Shown here piece after piece: positions 1-8,647 of a DNA stretch of 30,608 bases; position 1 is the first letter of the stretch, and each line of letters begins with the position of its first letter. The notes below the pieces were generated by a model, which was not told the DNA's origin, did no database searches, and worked only from the letters and a program-made list of their open reading frames with translations. Origin of the DNA: a virus (lineage: Duplodnaviria; Caudoviricetes). The position numbers were made by a program, and so were the translations under genes. The DNA lies in IMG/VR virus record IMGVR_UViG_3300011335_000510, positions 1 to 30,608 of that record. The stretch is one strand, 5' to 3'.

Positions 1-127
1 CAAACAAGCGATCATTGAGTGCGCTTTATTTTGAAGATGTACCTTTGAAGTCTGCTCCATTGCTTATAATTGTTATTGTGTCACCCATTCCGCTTAGTGT
101 AATGCTTCCGCTACCTTCAACCGTTTC
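1..127 (+). repeat. Terminal direct repeat, copy 1 (assembly overlap)
   Basis: Identical to 30482-30608; falls inside coding sequence; 127 is a common assembler k-mer length. Confidence 0.95.
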
Positions 128-2665
128 TCCTGTGTATGCTTGTATTGTTACCGTATTAGCCGCTACTGACTTTTGAATTATAAATTCACGCCCTGCTGTC
201 GTCGTTGCGGAAGGTAAATAGATAGTAATGTCGTTACTTGTTGTATCTGCGAAAACCATTCGGTCGAAATTACTTATAACGTAGTCCGTCGTTATCGTCT
301 TAACAGGCTGCGAAACACCTGCGCTAAATCTAACAGGCGCTCCAAAGTCAGTAGGTGCTAAAGTTGGCGCTTGTGCCGTTAATAAAGAACGCGTTCCGTT
401 GTTTGGCTTGTTGTAACAATCGCCTTTTGTGCTGTTCCAATTATAACCGAAACGTAAACAACAGTCCTCTGTTACCGTTGCAGGGTCGCCGTTGGGTGTT
501 TCCCAATTCATTGTTTGATTTAGGTTAGAAGAAACAGGTGTAAGGTCGCAGTCGTTGTCTACATCAAGAAGACGAATGAGTTTTACCTTAGTTATATCTT
601 GCTCACCCACTACATACCCTTCAATGTCAAGAACGCGCCACCACGAATCGACTATCCATATTTTGTCGCTGTATTGAAAAGTAAAAATGTCGTTTAAAGT
701 AAGTGCAAACATTCCTTCCATTATACGCGCTTGTCCGTCGTAAAGTTCGCGGTAGTAGTTACGCCACCAACGGTTATACAAGTTGTTATAAGGAATGGCT
801 GTTATCGTGTGAAGCGGTATTTCGGGAGCGAAGTTTAAGTCCTTATCTAAAACGTCTGGGTTTGTTGTCGAGTAGTTGTTTAAGCAAGCTACTGAAGTTG
901 AAATTACGTTTCCTGTTACTTCGTCGTAGATGTTTACGTTGAAGTGATTCGCGTAATAAAGAATACGCGGTTTAGGTTGTACGAATTGCCCTTCTGCATT
1001 TATGAACTTCGGAACTATTACCCCTGTATTCTCAACAGTTGAACAAGGAGAAGGGGCGAAGGACAGCTCAACTTTTTCTTCTCCTGTGGCGAACTCGTTA
1101 ATTATCTCGAAGTCGCTTTCTGTTACTTCGTACGTTCCAAAAATATGCCCATTTTCTTTGTATAGCGAATTGTAATAGTCGCCATCTTCGGTGTATGTGA
1201 AAGTGAATTTAGCTTTTTGAAGGTCTGTCGTCGGATAGTACGTTATGTCTTTTGACAAGTCTAGTTTGTGCGTCCAGTCTAACGTGTTTCCACTTGCGAT
1301 GTATTCAACTAATGGTTCAATGCGTAGCGTGTTTGGAAGTGTTCTATCGGGAACGAAGGCAAGATTGAACATCTTTTGTATTGACGTTAAAAAATCAATT
1401 TGCTTCATATCTGGAGCGTTAAAACTCATTACTACTTGGTCGTTTGTTAAAGATGTTCCAACACTTACTAACTCAATACCTGTTCCTGTGTAATCATTTG
1501 CTCCGTTACCTACAAAAGTAATTGTAGCTTCAGCAGGTGGCTGACCTTCTATTTGTTGCAAATTCATATTTAAACGAATTTCTAAAGTATCACCTTCATT
1601 TAAATTTACTGTACTAACAACACTATTTGAAAATATATAATCGGCTAAAAAGTAATCTTGAGGTGCTGAAAAAAAAGTTCCGTTAACATAAAACGAAGGA
1701 TTTATATACAAACTTTGTAAATCGACTGAATAAGTAATTTCGCCACTTACCCAAATTTTAAACGAAAATTGACCACTAAAAGGGGCTGTGAAAATACCAC
1801 TTGACCAATCTCCATTCGGATCGTTGTATTCAGTAAGAGCAGTTGATAAATTATATTGAAAATCGCCAGGTCCGAATGTTTGACCTGTTACATCTGATGC
1901 TAAAGCCAACGTACTTGAAATGTCATTCAATCCCAACGCGCTATTCAAATACTGACCATTCACAAAAGGAACGTACACGTTATCTAAACAGTCTGCTAGA
2001 TTATCGCTCGTCCATTGAACGTTTGCATCTTTCATTATTTGGTCGAATAAATAATAGGCACTTACAGCAGGTGTTAAATGTCCAACTTTTAAAGATTTTG
2101 AAATGAAATTACCAAATCCAGGACTCCAATAAATAGGTTGCCCAAGTTCATTCGTAGCCGTTAAATTCCACTTATCGCATAGCGTCAAAATCGTGTGTTC
2201 GTTGGGTGGTGTTTCAACGTATTCGTGTAGTAGGTCGTAGTCTAAATCACCTGCAACAATACTTTCAATATCTTTCAGTTTTTTCTCGTTCAATAGACGT
2301 GAAAGGTTTGGTACTTCGCCAAAGAAAACAACCTCAAATTCGAATAATTTACCGCTCTGCCAGTACAACTTTTTAACTTGAATGTGTCCTGTTGCAATGG
2401 GTATCGTATTAACCGTTAAAGACGCGTCTACTTTTTTGCGGAAGTCAAACCAACCGTTAAAGTTTACGTTGAAGATAGCGCCGAAAAAGTCTACGTTAGC
2501 TTTACTCGCAGGAATGCGAAACTCTTGTGAGTAGTTACCGATAGAACTAAAATTCGTTAGATCCGTGAACTTGTAGTTGAGGTGTACCTTTTCATTCTCG
2601 TAAAGGTCTATTGTCGCTGCGTTGCCGTCAAAGTCGGTAAGCGTGAGTATTACTTCGTTAATCAT
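26..2665 (-). CDS. Large tail tip/baseplate hub-like protein (879 aa)
   Basis: Last gene of the tail block; N-terminal NYSQEFRIPAS motif typical of Bacteroidota phage tail proteins; central C1q-like GIFTAPFSGQFSF segment; C-terminal fibre-type beta domain. Confidence 0.75.
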   Translation of the reverse strand: MINEVILTLTDFDGNAATIDLYENEKVHLNYKFTDLTNFSSIGNYSQEFRIPASKANVDFFGAIFNVNFNGWFDFRKKVDASLTVNTIPIATGHIQVKKLYWQSGKLFEFEVVFFGEVPNLSRLLNEKKLKDIESIVAGDLDYDLLHEYVETPPNEHTILTLCDKWNLTATNELGQPIYWSPGFGNFISKSLKVGHLTPAVSAYYLFDQIMKDANVQWTSDNLADCLDNVYVPFVNGQYLNSALGLNDISSTLALASDVTGQTFGPGDFQYNLSTALTEYNDPNGDWSSGIFTAPFSGQFSFKIWVSGEITYSVDLQSLYINPSFYVNGTFFSAPQDYFLADYIFSNSVVSTVNLNEGDTLEIRLNMNLQQIEGQPPAEATITFVGNGANDYTGTGIELVSVGTSLTNDQVVMSFNAPDMKQIDFLTSIQKMFNLAFVPDRTLPNTLRIEPLVEYIASGNTLDWTHKLDLSKDITYYPTTDLQKAKFTFTYTEDGDYYNSLYKENGHIFGTYEVTESDFEIINEFATGEEKVELSFAPSPCSTVENTGVIVPKFINAEGQFVQPKPRILYYANHFNVNIYDEVTGNVISTSVACLNNYSTTNPDVLDKDLNFAPEIPLHTITAIPYNNLYNRWWRNYYRELYDGQARIMEGMFALTLNDIFTFQYSDKIWIVDSWWRVLDIEGYVVGEQDITKVKLIRLLDVDNDCDLTPVSSNLNQTMNWETPNGDPATVTEDCCLRFGYNWNSTKGDCYNKPNNGTRSLLTAQAPTLAPTDFGAPVRFSAGVSQPVKTITTDYVISNFDRMVFADTTSNDITIYLPSATTTAGREFIIQKSVAANTVTIQAYTGETVEGSGSITLSGMGDTITIISNGADFKGTSSK

Positions 2666-3900
2666 AAGCCGACAGGTTGTGAGTATTTAAGGTTCAAAGT
2701 AACATTGTAAAGTTTCGAATATCTTTCGTCCTTAATAACAAAATTCTGAGCGTCAACTAAAACAGGTGTCATTGTTCCATCGTCATTGATTATATACACG
2801 TCGTTCGAACGACAAAGCGTTTGTAATAGGTTGAATTCTCCAACGCTTACCCAGTCGCTATTTATTTGCAGTCCTTTCGTCGTGTTAACGTACCTATCAG
2901 TTATTCCTCTGTCGAAGGTGCTAAAAGAAAATGTTGAAGCGTTATAATTACCTACCACTTTTTGGTATTGCTTCCTTTCGTAGTTGTACGATAGCTCCGA
3001 CTTCTTTGTAAAGTTAAAGTAATCCACACCGCCAACAGTATTCGACCAACCCAAACGCACATTGTCAAAGCGGCAATCGTCGTCGATAAGATAAAAACAA
3101 TACACGCGCGAAACAGGTGTGTAAATAGGCGGTGTAATAGACGCACCCGCTTGCACTGTATAGTATTTAACATTTGTGAAATTTACTGCGTCAGCTATTA
3201 AGTTGGAAGGATAAGCACCCAAACGGGTAACGCTATTTAAATCTGTTGAAATTGTGTAGTTTATCGCTTCGATTAAAGTACCGCTATTATCATAAGTAGA
3301 CACGAATAAATCTGTGGCTTCGTTATCTGCTAAAAGTCCGTTATTGCTTACTGAATACAACAAACCAAAGTCAGATAAACGAGTAGGTATGTAAACCCAT
3401 TCGCTCGAAAGACCGCGTCCTGCCGCTTCGCTCCACTTGTGCGTGTCTTTAGTTCTTTCGCTCAACAAGTATTTGTCAGTTCCGTCAAGAGCATATCTAA
3501 AGTTAGGATTAGGTCGATAGCCGTCCGCTATTTGATATTCAGCAAGAAACGCGTACACATCGTCAATGTCAGCCATTCCTGCTCCGCTCACTTCAAATAC
3601 TCCGTCCACAAGCCACCCTTCTTTTATTGTGCAAGAGATGAACGCAACGCTTGTAACTTCTCTTTCTATGGCTGCATTACTTGCCGTTCCCCCTTCGTGT
3701 TCTAATTTCTCGCGAAAGATAGGCGCGAGGTCTAAGATACCTTTGTTCGCAGCGTTTGGTTGAACGTTCACTTGGAACGAACCGAAGTCGAACACGAAAC
3801 GAAAGCCTGCGTTTGATACGTTTGTTGAACTGCATACGATCATTAACCGTTGCCCTATCGGTGTGTATTGGTACGGTTGTTCTTCTATTGTAATTGCCAT
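2662..3900 (-). CDS. Tail structural protein (distal tail-like, 412 aa)
   Basis: VRLGWSNTVGGVDYFNF and NSDWVS motifs typical of the gene preceding the large tail protein in such phages; 4-nt overlap. Confidence 0.7.
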   Translation of the reverse strand: MAITIEEQPYQYTPIGQRLMIVCSSTNVSNAGFRFVFDFGSFQVNVQPNAANKGILDLAPIFREKLEHEGGTASNAAIEREVTSVAFISCTIKEGWLVDGVFEVSGAGMADIDDVYAFLAEYQIADGYRPNPNFRYALDGTDKYLLSERTKDTHKWSEAAGRGLSSEWVYIPTRLSDFGLLYSVSNNGLLADNEATDLFVSTYDNSGTLIEAINYTISTDLNSVTRLGAYPSNLIADAVNFTNVKYYTVQAGASITPPIYTPVSRVYCFYLIDDDCRFDNVRLGWSNTVGGVDYFNFTKKSELSYNYERKQYQKVVGNYNASTFSFSTFDRGITDRYVNTTKGLQINSDWVSVGEFNLLQTLCRSNDVYIINDDGTMTPVLVDAQNFVIKDERYSKLYNVTLNLKYSQPVGL

Positions 3901-3903
3901 ATT

Positions 3904-4506
3904 TTAAATGTCGTTTAATTGATTCTCTATAACTGCGGTAAAATCTTTGCCATATGCTTCAACCACCTTTGATTCGTATTCGTCCCAAATGTTCTCCATA
4001 GCGTAGTCGAACGCTTTCCAACCTTTTATTCCGTCGCGACGAACCTTGAACATAATGAGTTTTGCAACCTGTTGTTTTAGTTCTTCAGTTGACTTCTTAA
4101 ATTTACCACTCGACTTGTCGCGTAGTCGTATGCCTTTTATCGACATCCAGTCGTAAATGGCTTGTTGCATAGGTGACATTTGACCTTTTGCAGGTTTACT
4201 TCCGCTACCTCGTTTAAATGAGTATGGCGCACCTTGCGACTTTTGTGTTCCATTTACACCATTTTCACGAAACAAGAAATACTTTCCTGCCTTACCTTTT
4301 GCGTAGACCGAAACATTTATTGAAGAACCTTTTATCTTCAACCGATAAGCTAACGACTTCTCGAGCGTACCACTTGCAACTGCGTTGGTGTAGTTGCGCC
4401 CTACCTTTCGCTTCATACGATAGTCGGACTGCATCAATTCGACAAAGCGTTTAGCCATATCGTTCACGACAGCGAAGAAGTTGGGTGCGCTCTGTTCGTT
4501 AGCCAT
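3904..4506 (-). CDS. Putative neck/tail completion protein (200 aa)
   Basis: Basic protein with ASGTLEKSL and DGIKG motifs, located in the tail block. Confidence 0.6.
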   Translation of the reverse strand: MANEQSAPNFFAVVNDMAKRFVELMQSDYRMKRKVGRNYTNAVASGTLEKSLAYRLKIKGSSINVSVYAKGKAGKYFLFRENGVNGTQKSQGAPYSFKRGSGSKPAKGQMSPMQQAIYDWMSIKGIRLRDKSSGKFKKSTEELKQQVAKLIMFKVRRDGIKGWKAFDYAMENIWDEYESKVVEAYGKDFTAVIENQLNDI

Positions 4507-4624
4507 TATCGTCGGGTACTTCTTCGGTTACCGTTGTGTATTTTCCCCACTCAATAGCTTCCTGCTCGTTAAGCGTTTCGATGTAACCGTTTTCGGTAAT
4601 CATTCGGTATTTAGTTAGTGTCAT
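4499..4624 (-). CDS. Small hypothetical protein, 41 aa (MTLTKYRMITENGYIETLNEQEAIEWGKYTTVTEEVPDDNG); not in ORF track
   Basis: Start coupled to upstream stop (TAATG); fills the gap and overlaps the next start by 8 nt. Confidence 0.75.
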   Translation of the reverse strand: MTLTKYRMITENGYIETLNEQEAIEWGKYTTVTEEVPDDNG

Positions 4625-6705
4625 TATCTTGCAGTTGTTAAGATGTTTTCGTAACCTAAGTAATCGCAGTAGACAATACGAGCTGTTACTCCAATTGTTT
4701 TAGCTATACCTTGTTTTGGGTTTACAAATCTACTATTTGAACCTAATGGAATGTTAGTTGTATGTGTAGCTACTAAAGTGCCATTTACATAAAACAACGC
4801 TTGCGTTCCTGCTGCATTTATTTCAATTCTTAATTTAGCCCACGCCGCTGCCGTTACTGCGGTGCTTGTTGTGGTAAGTGTACGAACTGAATTAGCAACC
4901 GTTACGCATTGCCAATTCGGACTTGCAGCTGTTCCATTTGCAGTACCCCCTTCATCGTATGTAAAAAACACTCCATCTGTTTCACTTAAAGCAGCCGTTG
5001 CAGAACCATATCCGCTAATCCATCTATAACGCTCTGTTCCTGTACTTAAATTATTAATGTTAAATGAACTTTCGTAATTCCAAACTCCATTACCAAACCA
5101 AAATTGCGTACCTGCGCTACCAACGTGATTAGCGTAATTTGTTGCTGCAATAATCGTATTATAAGCTACCACACCTTGCTGATTTGTTCTATTTGGTATT
5201 GCCGCCCCACTTACAGAGGTTATAGAACCACCACTTGCAAATACTTGAAGTCCATCAAGCGGGTTAGCTGCATTAAGAAAATCAGTAAAGAAAGAAACCA
5301 TTCTCTTTCCTCTATCTATCATAGATAGCGTATTAACCGCGTCAACAGTTGGAAATTTAACCCCTGTTCCGTCTACTGCTAAAGAGTTCTGTTTGTTAGC
5401 TGAATCTTCTTTTAGATTTAATGCAGTTTGTGTAGCTGTCGAAACAGGTTTATTTGCATCACTTGTATTATCTACGTTTCCAAGTCCAACATCTGATTTT
5501 GTTAAATCAATGTTTCCACTACCTAACAAACTTTGACCTTCAATTGTCTTTATGTTTGTCCCACTTACAAGTGTTGCTTGTTTATTTGCGTCTAAATGCT
5601 CCAAAGCAAGTTTAACCGTTGCGCCTGTCACACTTGAATCATTATCTACTTGCGAAGCGTTCAAATGTTGATGTTGCCATTTAGCAGGTGAACCACCATA
5701 CAACCAAACATCGTTTGTCGTTGGTGTTCCGCTCTGCATATCTACTCCGTGAATGCGAGATACATTTGGATTAGGATAAGTACCGCTTAAGTCACCACCT
5801 GCCGTTCCTGTTGGTGGTAGCGATGTTGGTATTATTGGCTTGTTTAATATCTGCGCTACTCCGCTCGTTGCGTTCCAATCTGAATTAACTTGAGCAGCAG
5901 GAATGGTTGGTTTATTGTCTAAGTCGTTGTAGTCATTCGAGAAACCAACCGCGCTAATATCGGCTATGTTGGCTTTCAACGCTATTTCAGTCTGAAGGTC
6001 GTCTATTGCGCTCTCGATGTCTATAATCGTTTGACACGTTCCTATTGTAGCGCACGTCAAACCTACTTCGTCAGCCAGCAAGTACCAACCGCGCACCCCT
6101 TCGTCGTTCGTTCCGTAGTAGTAGTTCGGAGCAGGTGTTGCTTCGTCGTTTACAAGCGACACGTTGCCGTTCTCGTCGCGTGTAATACTATCAATGAACG
6201 TCAAGATTGAACCTGTGCCACCTGTTGAAGATTCGAAGAAATCGTTCCACTCCGCAGGAATGCTACAAGCGTCCCAATAGTAAGGAACAAGAAGGTCAAG
6301 ACTAACCGTCCAACCCGTTAGCGTGTTGTGAAATTCTTCTAAGAATGGTTCGAGCGTTACGTTTTGCACTGTGATTAAGTCACCAAACAAAACGCGGTGG
6401 TTTGTTATCTCAGCTATTAAGTCTTCAGCTATTCGTTGAAGGTCAGATAAGACCTCACGTTGAAATTCAACCTTGTCGTCTTTGTCGCGTGGAAGATCCG
6501 CAAGGACAATCTGAAAAGAGAATGTTTTAGTACCTTTCGCGTAAGTAACGTTGGAAGGAACGACGTGCATAAATGGATATTCCGTGAACTTCTCAAGGTC
6601 AGCGGTGTCTATCTGTCCGTGTGAAAAGGACTTTAATATAAAGTGTCCAGAAGCAAATGCTTTGAACCTATCGATTAAGGCGTTGTAACTTTGAATGTTG
6701 GACAT
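4624..6705 (-). CDS. Tail terminator-like N-terminal domain fused to a long fibre-like region
   Basis: Likely ATG at 6705 (MSNIQSY); about 150-aa N-domain ending YYWDACSIP, then fibre modules (NKPTIP, GGDLSGTYPNP, LVSGTNIKTI, KSDVGLGNVDNTSD) and a lectin-like C-terminus. Confidence 0.7.
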   Translation of the reverse strand: MSNIQSYNALIDRFKAFASGHFILKSFSHGQIDTADLEKFTEYPFMHVVPSNVTYAKGTKTFSFQIVLADLPRDKDDKVEFQREVLSDLQRIAEDLIAEITNHRVLFGDLITVQNVTLEPFLEEFHNTLTGWTVSLDLLVPYYWDACSIPAEWNDFFESSTGGTGSILTFIDSITRDENGNVSLVNDEATPAPNYYYGTNDEGVRGWYLLADEVGLTCATIGTCQTIIDIESAIDDLQTEIALKANIADISAVGFSNDYNDLDNKPTIPAAQVNSDWNATSGVAQILNKPIIPTSLPPTGTAGGDLSGTYPNPNVSRIHGVDMQSGTPTTNDVWLYGGSPAKWQHQHLNASQVDNDSSVTGATVKLALEHLDANKQATLVSGTNIKTIEGQSLLGSGNIDLTKSDVGLGNVDNTSDANKPVSTATQTALNLKEDSANKQNSLAVDGTGVKFPTVDAVNTLSMIDRGKRMVSFFTDFLNAANPLDGLQVFASGGSITSVSGAAIPNRTNQQGVVAYNTIIAATNYANHVGSAGTQFWFGNGVWNYESSFNINNLSTGTERYRWISGYGSATAALSETDGVFFTYDEGGTANGTAASPNWQCVTVANSVRTLTTTSTAVTAAAWAKLRIEINAAGTQALFYVNGTLVATHTTNIPLGSNSRFVNPKQGIAKTIGVTARIVYCDYLGYENILTTAR

Positions 6706-7425
6706 AATTATAATCAATTAGGTAAGTCATAAATGTAAATATCTCCCACGCACTTTTTTCCGTAATTGCGTCAAGTTTTGTTATGTCGCGCCCACACGCT
6801 TCCATAAACAAGTGATACCAACCATAGCGACCGAGAACTTGGTTTAGTCCTTCTCTGTCGTCAATTGCTCCATCTCCTTCGTCAACTTCTTGACCTCTGT
6901 CTCCAAATAATCGAGCGAAGTGTTGTTTAGTTCGTTGAGCAAAGTCGAAAAAAAAAGCATCGCACCGTTGAATTGTTCGAGAGTCATTTGCTCAACATAC
7001 GATTCAACAAGTTCACGATTTGCTTTGCTGTGTGGAACTATTGTGTACTTCGAACCAACGCGCTTGTCGATAGGTCGGTAAAGTGTCCCCATTATTTTCA
7101 CGATGTTTGCGTTCACGTCACTTGCCCAGGTGCTTATGTCCGCATACTCACCCATTGAGATTGAATACAAGTCGGGGATAAAACCAAAGTCCTTGTCTTT
7201 AATCGTAATGGTTTCAAAGAACTTCGCTGATTCATTTGCGAGTGTGTCTTCGAACGCGCCGAGTAGGGTCGGCAAGTGTTGGAAGGGAATTTGTTCCGCT
7301 TGTTCTTTGTTCAAGTTAGAAATTGAAGCAAGGCGCTCAATGTCATTCTTTGCCGCGTGGAAGTCAAGGTATTGCTTGACAGTTACACTTGAATAGTCAG
7401 CTGGTATGCTTACTTTGATGCTCAT
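6668..7425 (-). CDS. Tail assembly chaperone, -1 frameshifted long form (gpGT-like, about 252 aa)
   Basis: T9 at 6948-6956 (minus strand); -1 frame stays open to TAG at 6668 and fills the otherwise empty 6706-6843 gap. Confidence 0.8.
6844..7425 (-). CDS. Tail assembly chaperone, short form (gpG-like, 193 aa)
   Basis: FGFIPDL...SMGEYADI...LYRP motifs; contains a T9 slippery run at MLFF. Confidence 0.75.
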   Translation of the reverse strand: MSIKVSIPADYSSVTVKQYLDFHAAKNDIERLASISNLNKEQAEQIPFQHLPTLLGAFEDTLANESAKFFETITIKDKDFGFIPDLYSISMGEYADISTWASDVNANIVKIMGTLYRPIDKRVGSKYTIVPHSKANRELVESYVEQMTLEQFNGAMLFFSTLLNELNNTSLDYLETEVKKLTKEMEQLTTEKD

Positions 7426-7469
7426 TGTTTTTTGTTTTAAAGTTACACCCGACTTTAGCTTGGTGTTTT

Positions 7470-7552
7470 TGTGTTAGCAGTCCCTAAGTATCTAACACAG
7501 CTACTTGCAATAATGTCGCGACCATCTGCAAGGGACTCTGCGTTTTAGGCAG
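7470..7552 (-). ncRNA. Candidate structured RNA element with pseudoknot upstream of the tail block
   Basis: Stems 7470-7477/7492-7499 and 7504-7509/7527-7532; loop 7479-7485 complementary to 7531-7537. Confidence 0.4.
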
Positions 7553-7560
7553 GTACAGTT

Positions 7561-7716
7561 TTACGATCCGCAATACAAACAACCTTCGTCGTCGTCGTCG
7601 ATAGTGTTTGCTTCGTTGTAAATTCTTATTGCTTCCATCTCTACCTGTTCTTTCGTCCACGTTGGGTTGAAGGCAGATATTTGTGATTTGAGAAAGTTCA
7701 ATTTGTTTTCGCTCAT
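7561..7716 (-). CDS. Small protein, 51 aa, ending DDDDEGCLYCGS; not in ORF track
   Basis: ATG preceded by A-rich leader (AAAACAAACAA); open to TAA at 7561. Confidence 0.8.
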   Translation of the reverse strand: MSENKLNFLKSQISAFNPTWTKEQVEMEAIRIYNEANTIDDDDEGCLYCGS

Positions 7717-7771
7717 TTGTTTGTTTTATTTATGTCACAATTATTTGAAAATTTGTGACAAACGTTTGCCA

Positions 7772-7930
7772 CTAATTGTCTTGTTCTGTCTTTTGTTTGT
7801 CGCAAGTATTGTCAACTTTTGCGACCGATAAACTTGACATTTCCTTCGCCTTGCTCAAGATAGCGTTCCACTCCCATTTGTCTTTTGGTGTGTTCCACAA
7901 TTGTTCGAACATCCAGTCTAACGCGTTCAT
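7772..7930 (-). CDS. Small hypothetical protein, 52 aa (MNALDWMFEQLWNTPKDKWEWNAILSKAKEM...); not in ORF track
   Basis: ATGA overlap with the upstream gene; resembles the 15481-15681 product. Confidence 0.7.
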   Translation of the reverse strand: MNALDWMFEQLWNTPKDKWEWNAILSKAKEMSSLSVAKVDNTCDKQKTEQDN

Positions 7931-8172
7931 ACGATTAAGTCTTCAACGTTTATTTGATGCTCTTGGAGTAAGTCACGAATGTATTCAAAGACTTCTTCAA
8001 TGCCTTCTTGATACGCGGCTTCTTGTCGTTCGTTGTACTTCGTGAACTTGCGGTATCCGTTCATCTGTAACTCCCAAAGCATAAGCGCCATATCTCGCGC
8101 TTTTGTTATGCGGTTGAACTCATAACGATCTTCGCCGTCTGAAAGGTCAAAGGTTAGTGTTGCTTTGCTCAT
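7927..8172 (-). CDS. Hypothetical protein (81 aa)
   Basis: KATLTFDL N-terminus common in phage small proteins; ATGA overlap. Confidence 0.8.
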   Translation of the reverse strand: MSKATLTFDLSDGEDRYEFNRITKARDMALMLWELQMNGYRKFTKYNERQEAAYQEGIEEVFEYIRDLLQEHQINVEDLIV

Positions 8173-8528
8173 AACTTGTCATTGATTATTATTTGTATCG
8201 GTTCGCTGTTTGCGCCTGTAAGTTCGGTCATTTGTTTTGGATTACCAAACGCACGGCTTAACAAAGTTTCCAACGAATACAACGAACCTTTCTTCAACGA
8301 GGTCATCATTGCGTTCGCTATTGTCTTTTCGAGTATCGTTGCCTTCGGATTATCCCAAACGCTTTTTAGTTCGTCTAAGTCCATTGCCATCATTGCTTGG
8401 ATTGTGTCGTTTATCTCGCTCAACTTATATCCGCTTTCCTTTAACAACGAAACGTATTTCTTCGGGCGTCCGTTGGGATTGCGAACCTCTCCTTTCTTCG
8501 CTGGTATTAAATTCTGTTCGTTTGCCAT
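8169..8528 (-). CDS. terS: Putative terminase small subunit
   Basis: NLIPAKKGEVRNPNGRPK N-terminal motif and ELTG...PIQIII C-terminus; follows a ParB-MTase gene as often seen. Confidence 0.7.
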   Translation of the reverse strand: MANEQNLIPAKKGEVRNPNGRPKKYVSLLKESGYKLSEINDTIQAMMAMDLDELKSVWDNPKATILEKTIANAMMTSLKKGSLYSLETLLSRAFGNPKQMTELTGANSEPIQIIINDKL

Positions 8529-8567
8529 TCTTCTAATTTTTCTCTTTATTATTTAGCATAAATGTTG

Positions 8568-8575
8568 TATCTTCG
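8568..8575 (+). promoter_or_regulatory. Variant Bacteroidota -7 element TATCTTCG
   Basis: One mismatch from TAnnTTTG; lies 35 nt upstream of a plus-strand terminator; no clear -33 element. Confidence 0.4.
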
Positions 8576-8579
8576 CTTC

Positions 8580-8643
8580 GTCATTCAACGGAGTGATATT
8601 TTCATTTAGAGAGGTGGTATCCTATTAAGCCACCTCTTTTTTT
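8580..8643 (+). ncRNA. Candidate small RNA A (about 63 nt), antisense to the late arm
   Basis: Bounded by -7 element and terminator; contains UUUUCAUUU. Confidence 0.45.
8610..8643 (+). terminator. Intrinsic terminator oriented opposite to the flanking genes
   Basis: AGAGGTGGT/GCCACCTCT stem followed by a T run to 8643. Confidence 0.75.
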
Positions 8644-8647
8644 ATGC

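Noticed and set aside
1-127. Terminal repeat as a biological direct terminal repeat
   Set aside because: Exactly 127 bp and cuts through coding sequence; best explained as assembler overlap of a circular contig.
7470-7540. HDV-like, twister, pistol or hammerhead ribozyme assignment
   Set aside because: Catalytic consensus elements are not recognisable; kept only as an unassigned structure.
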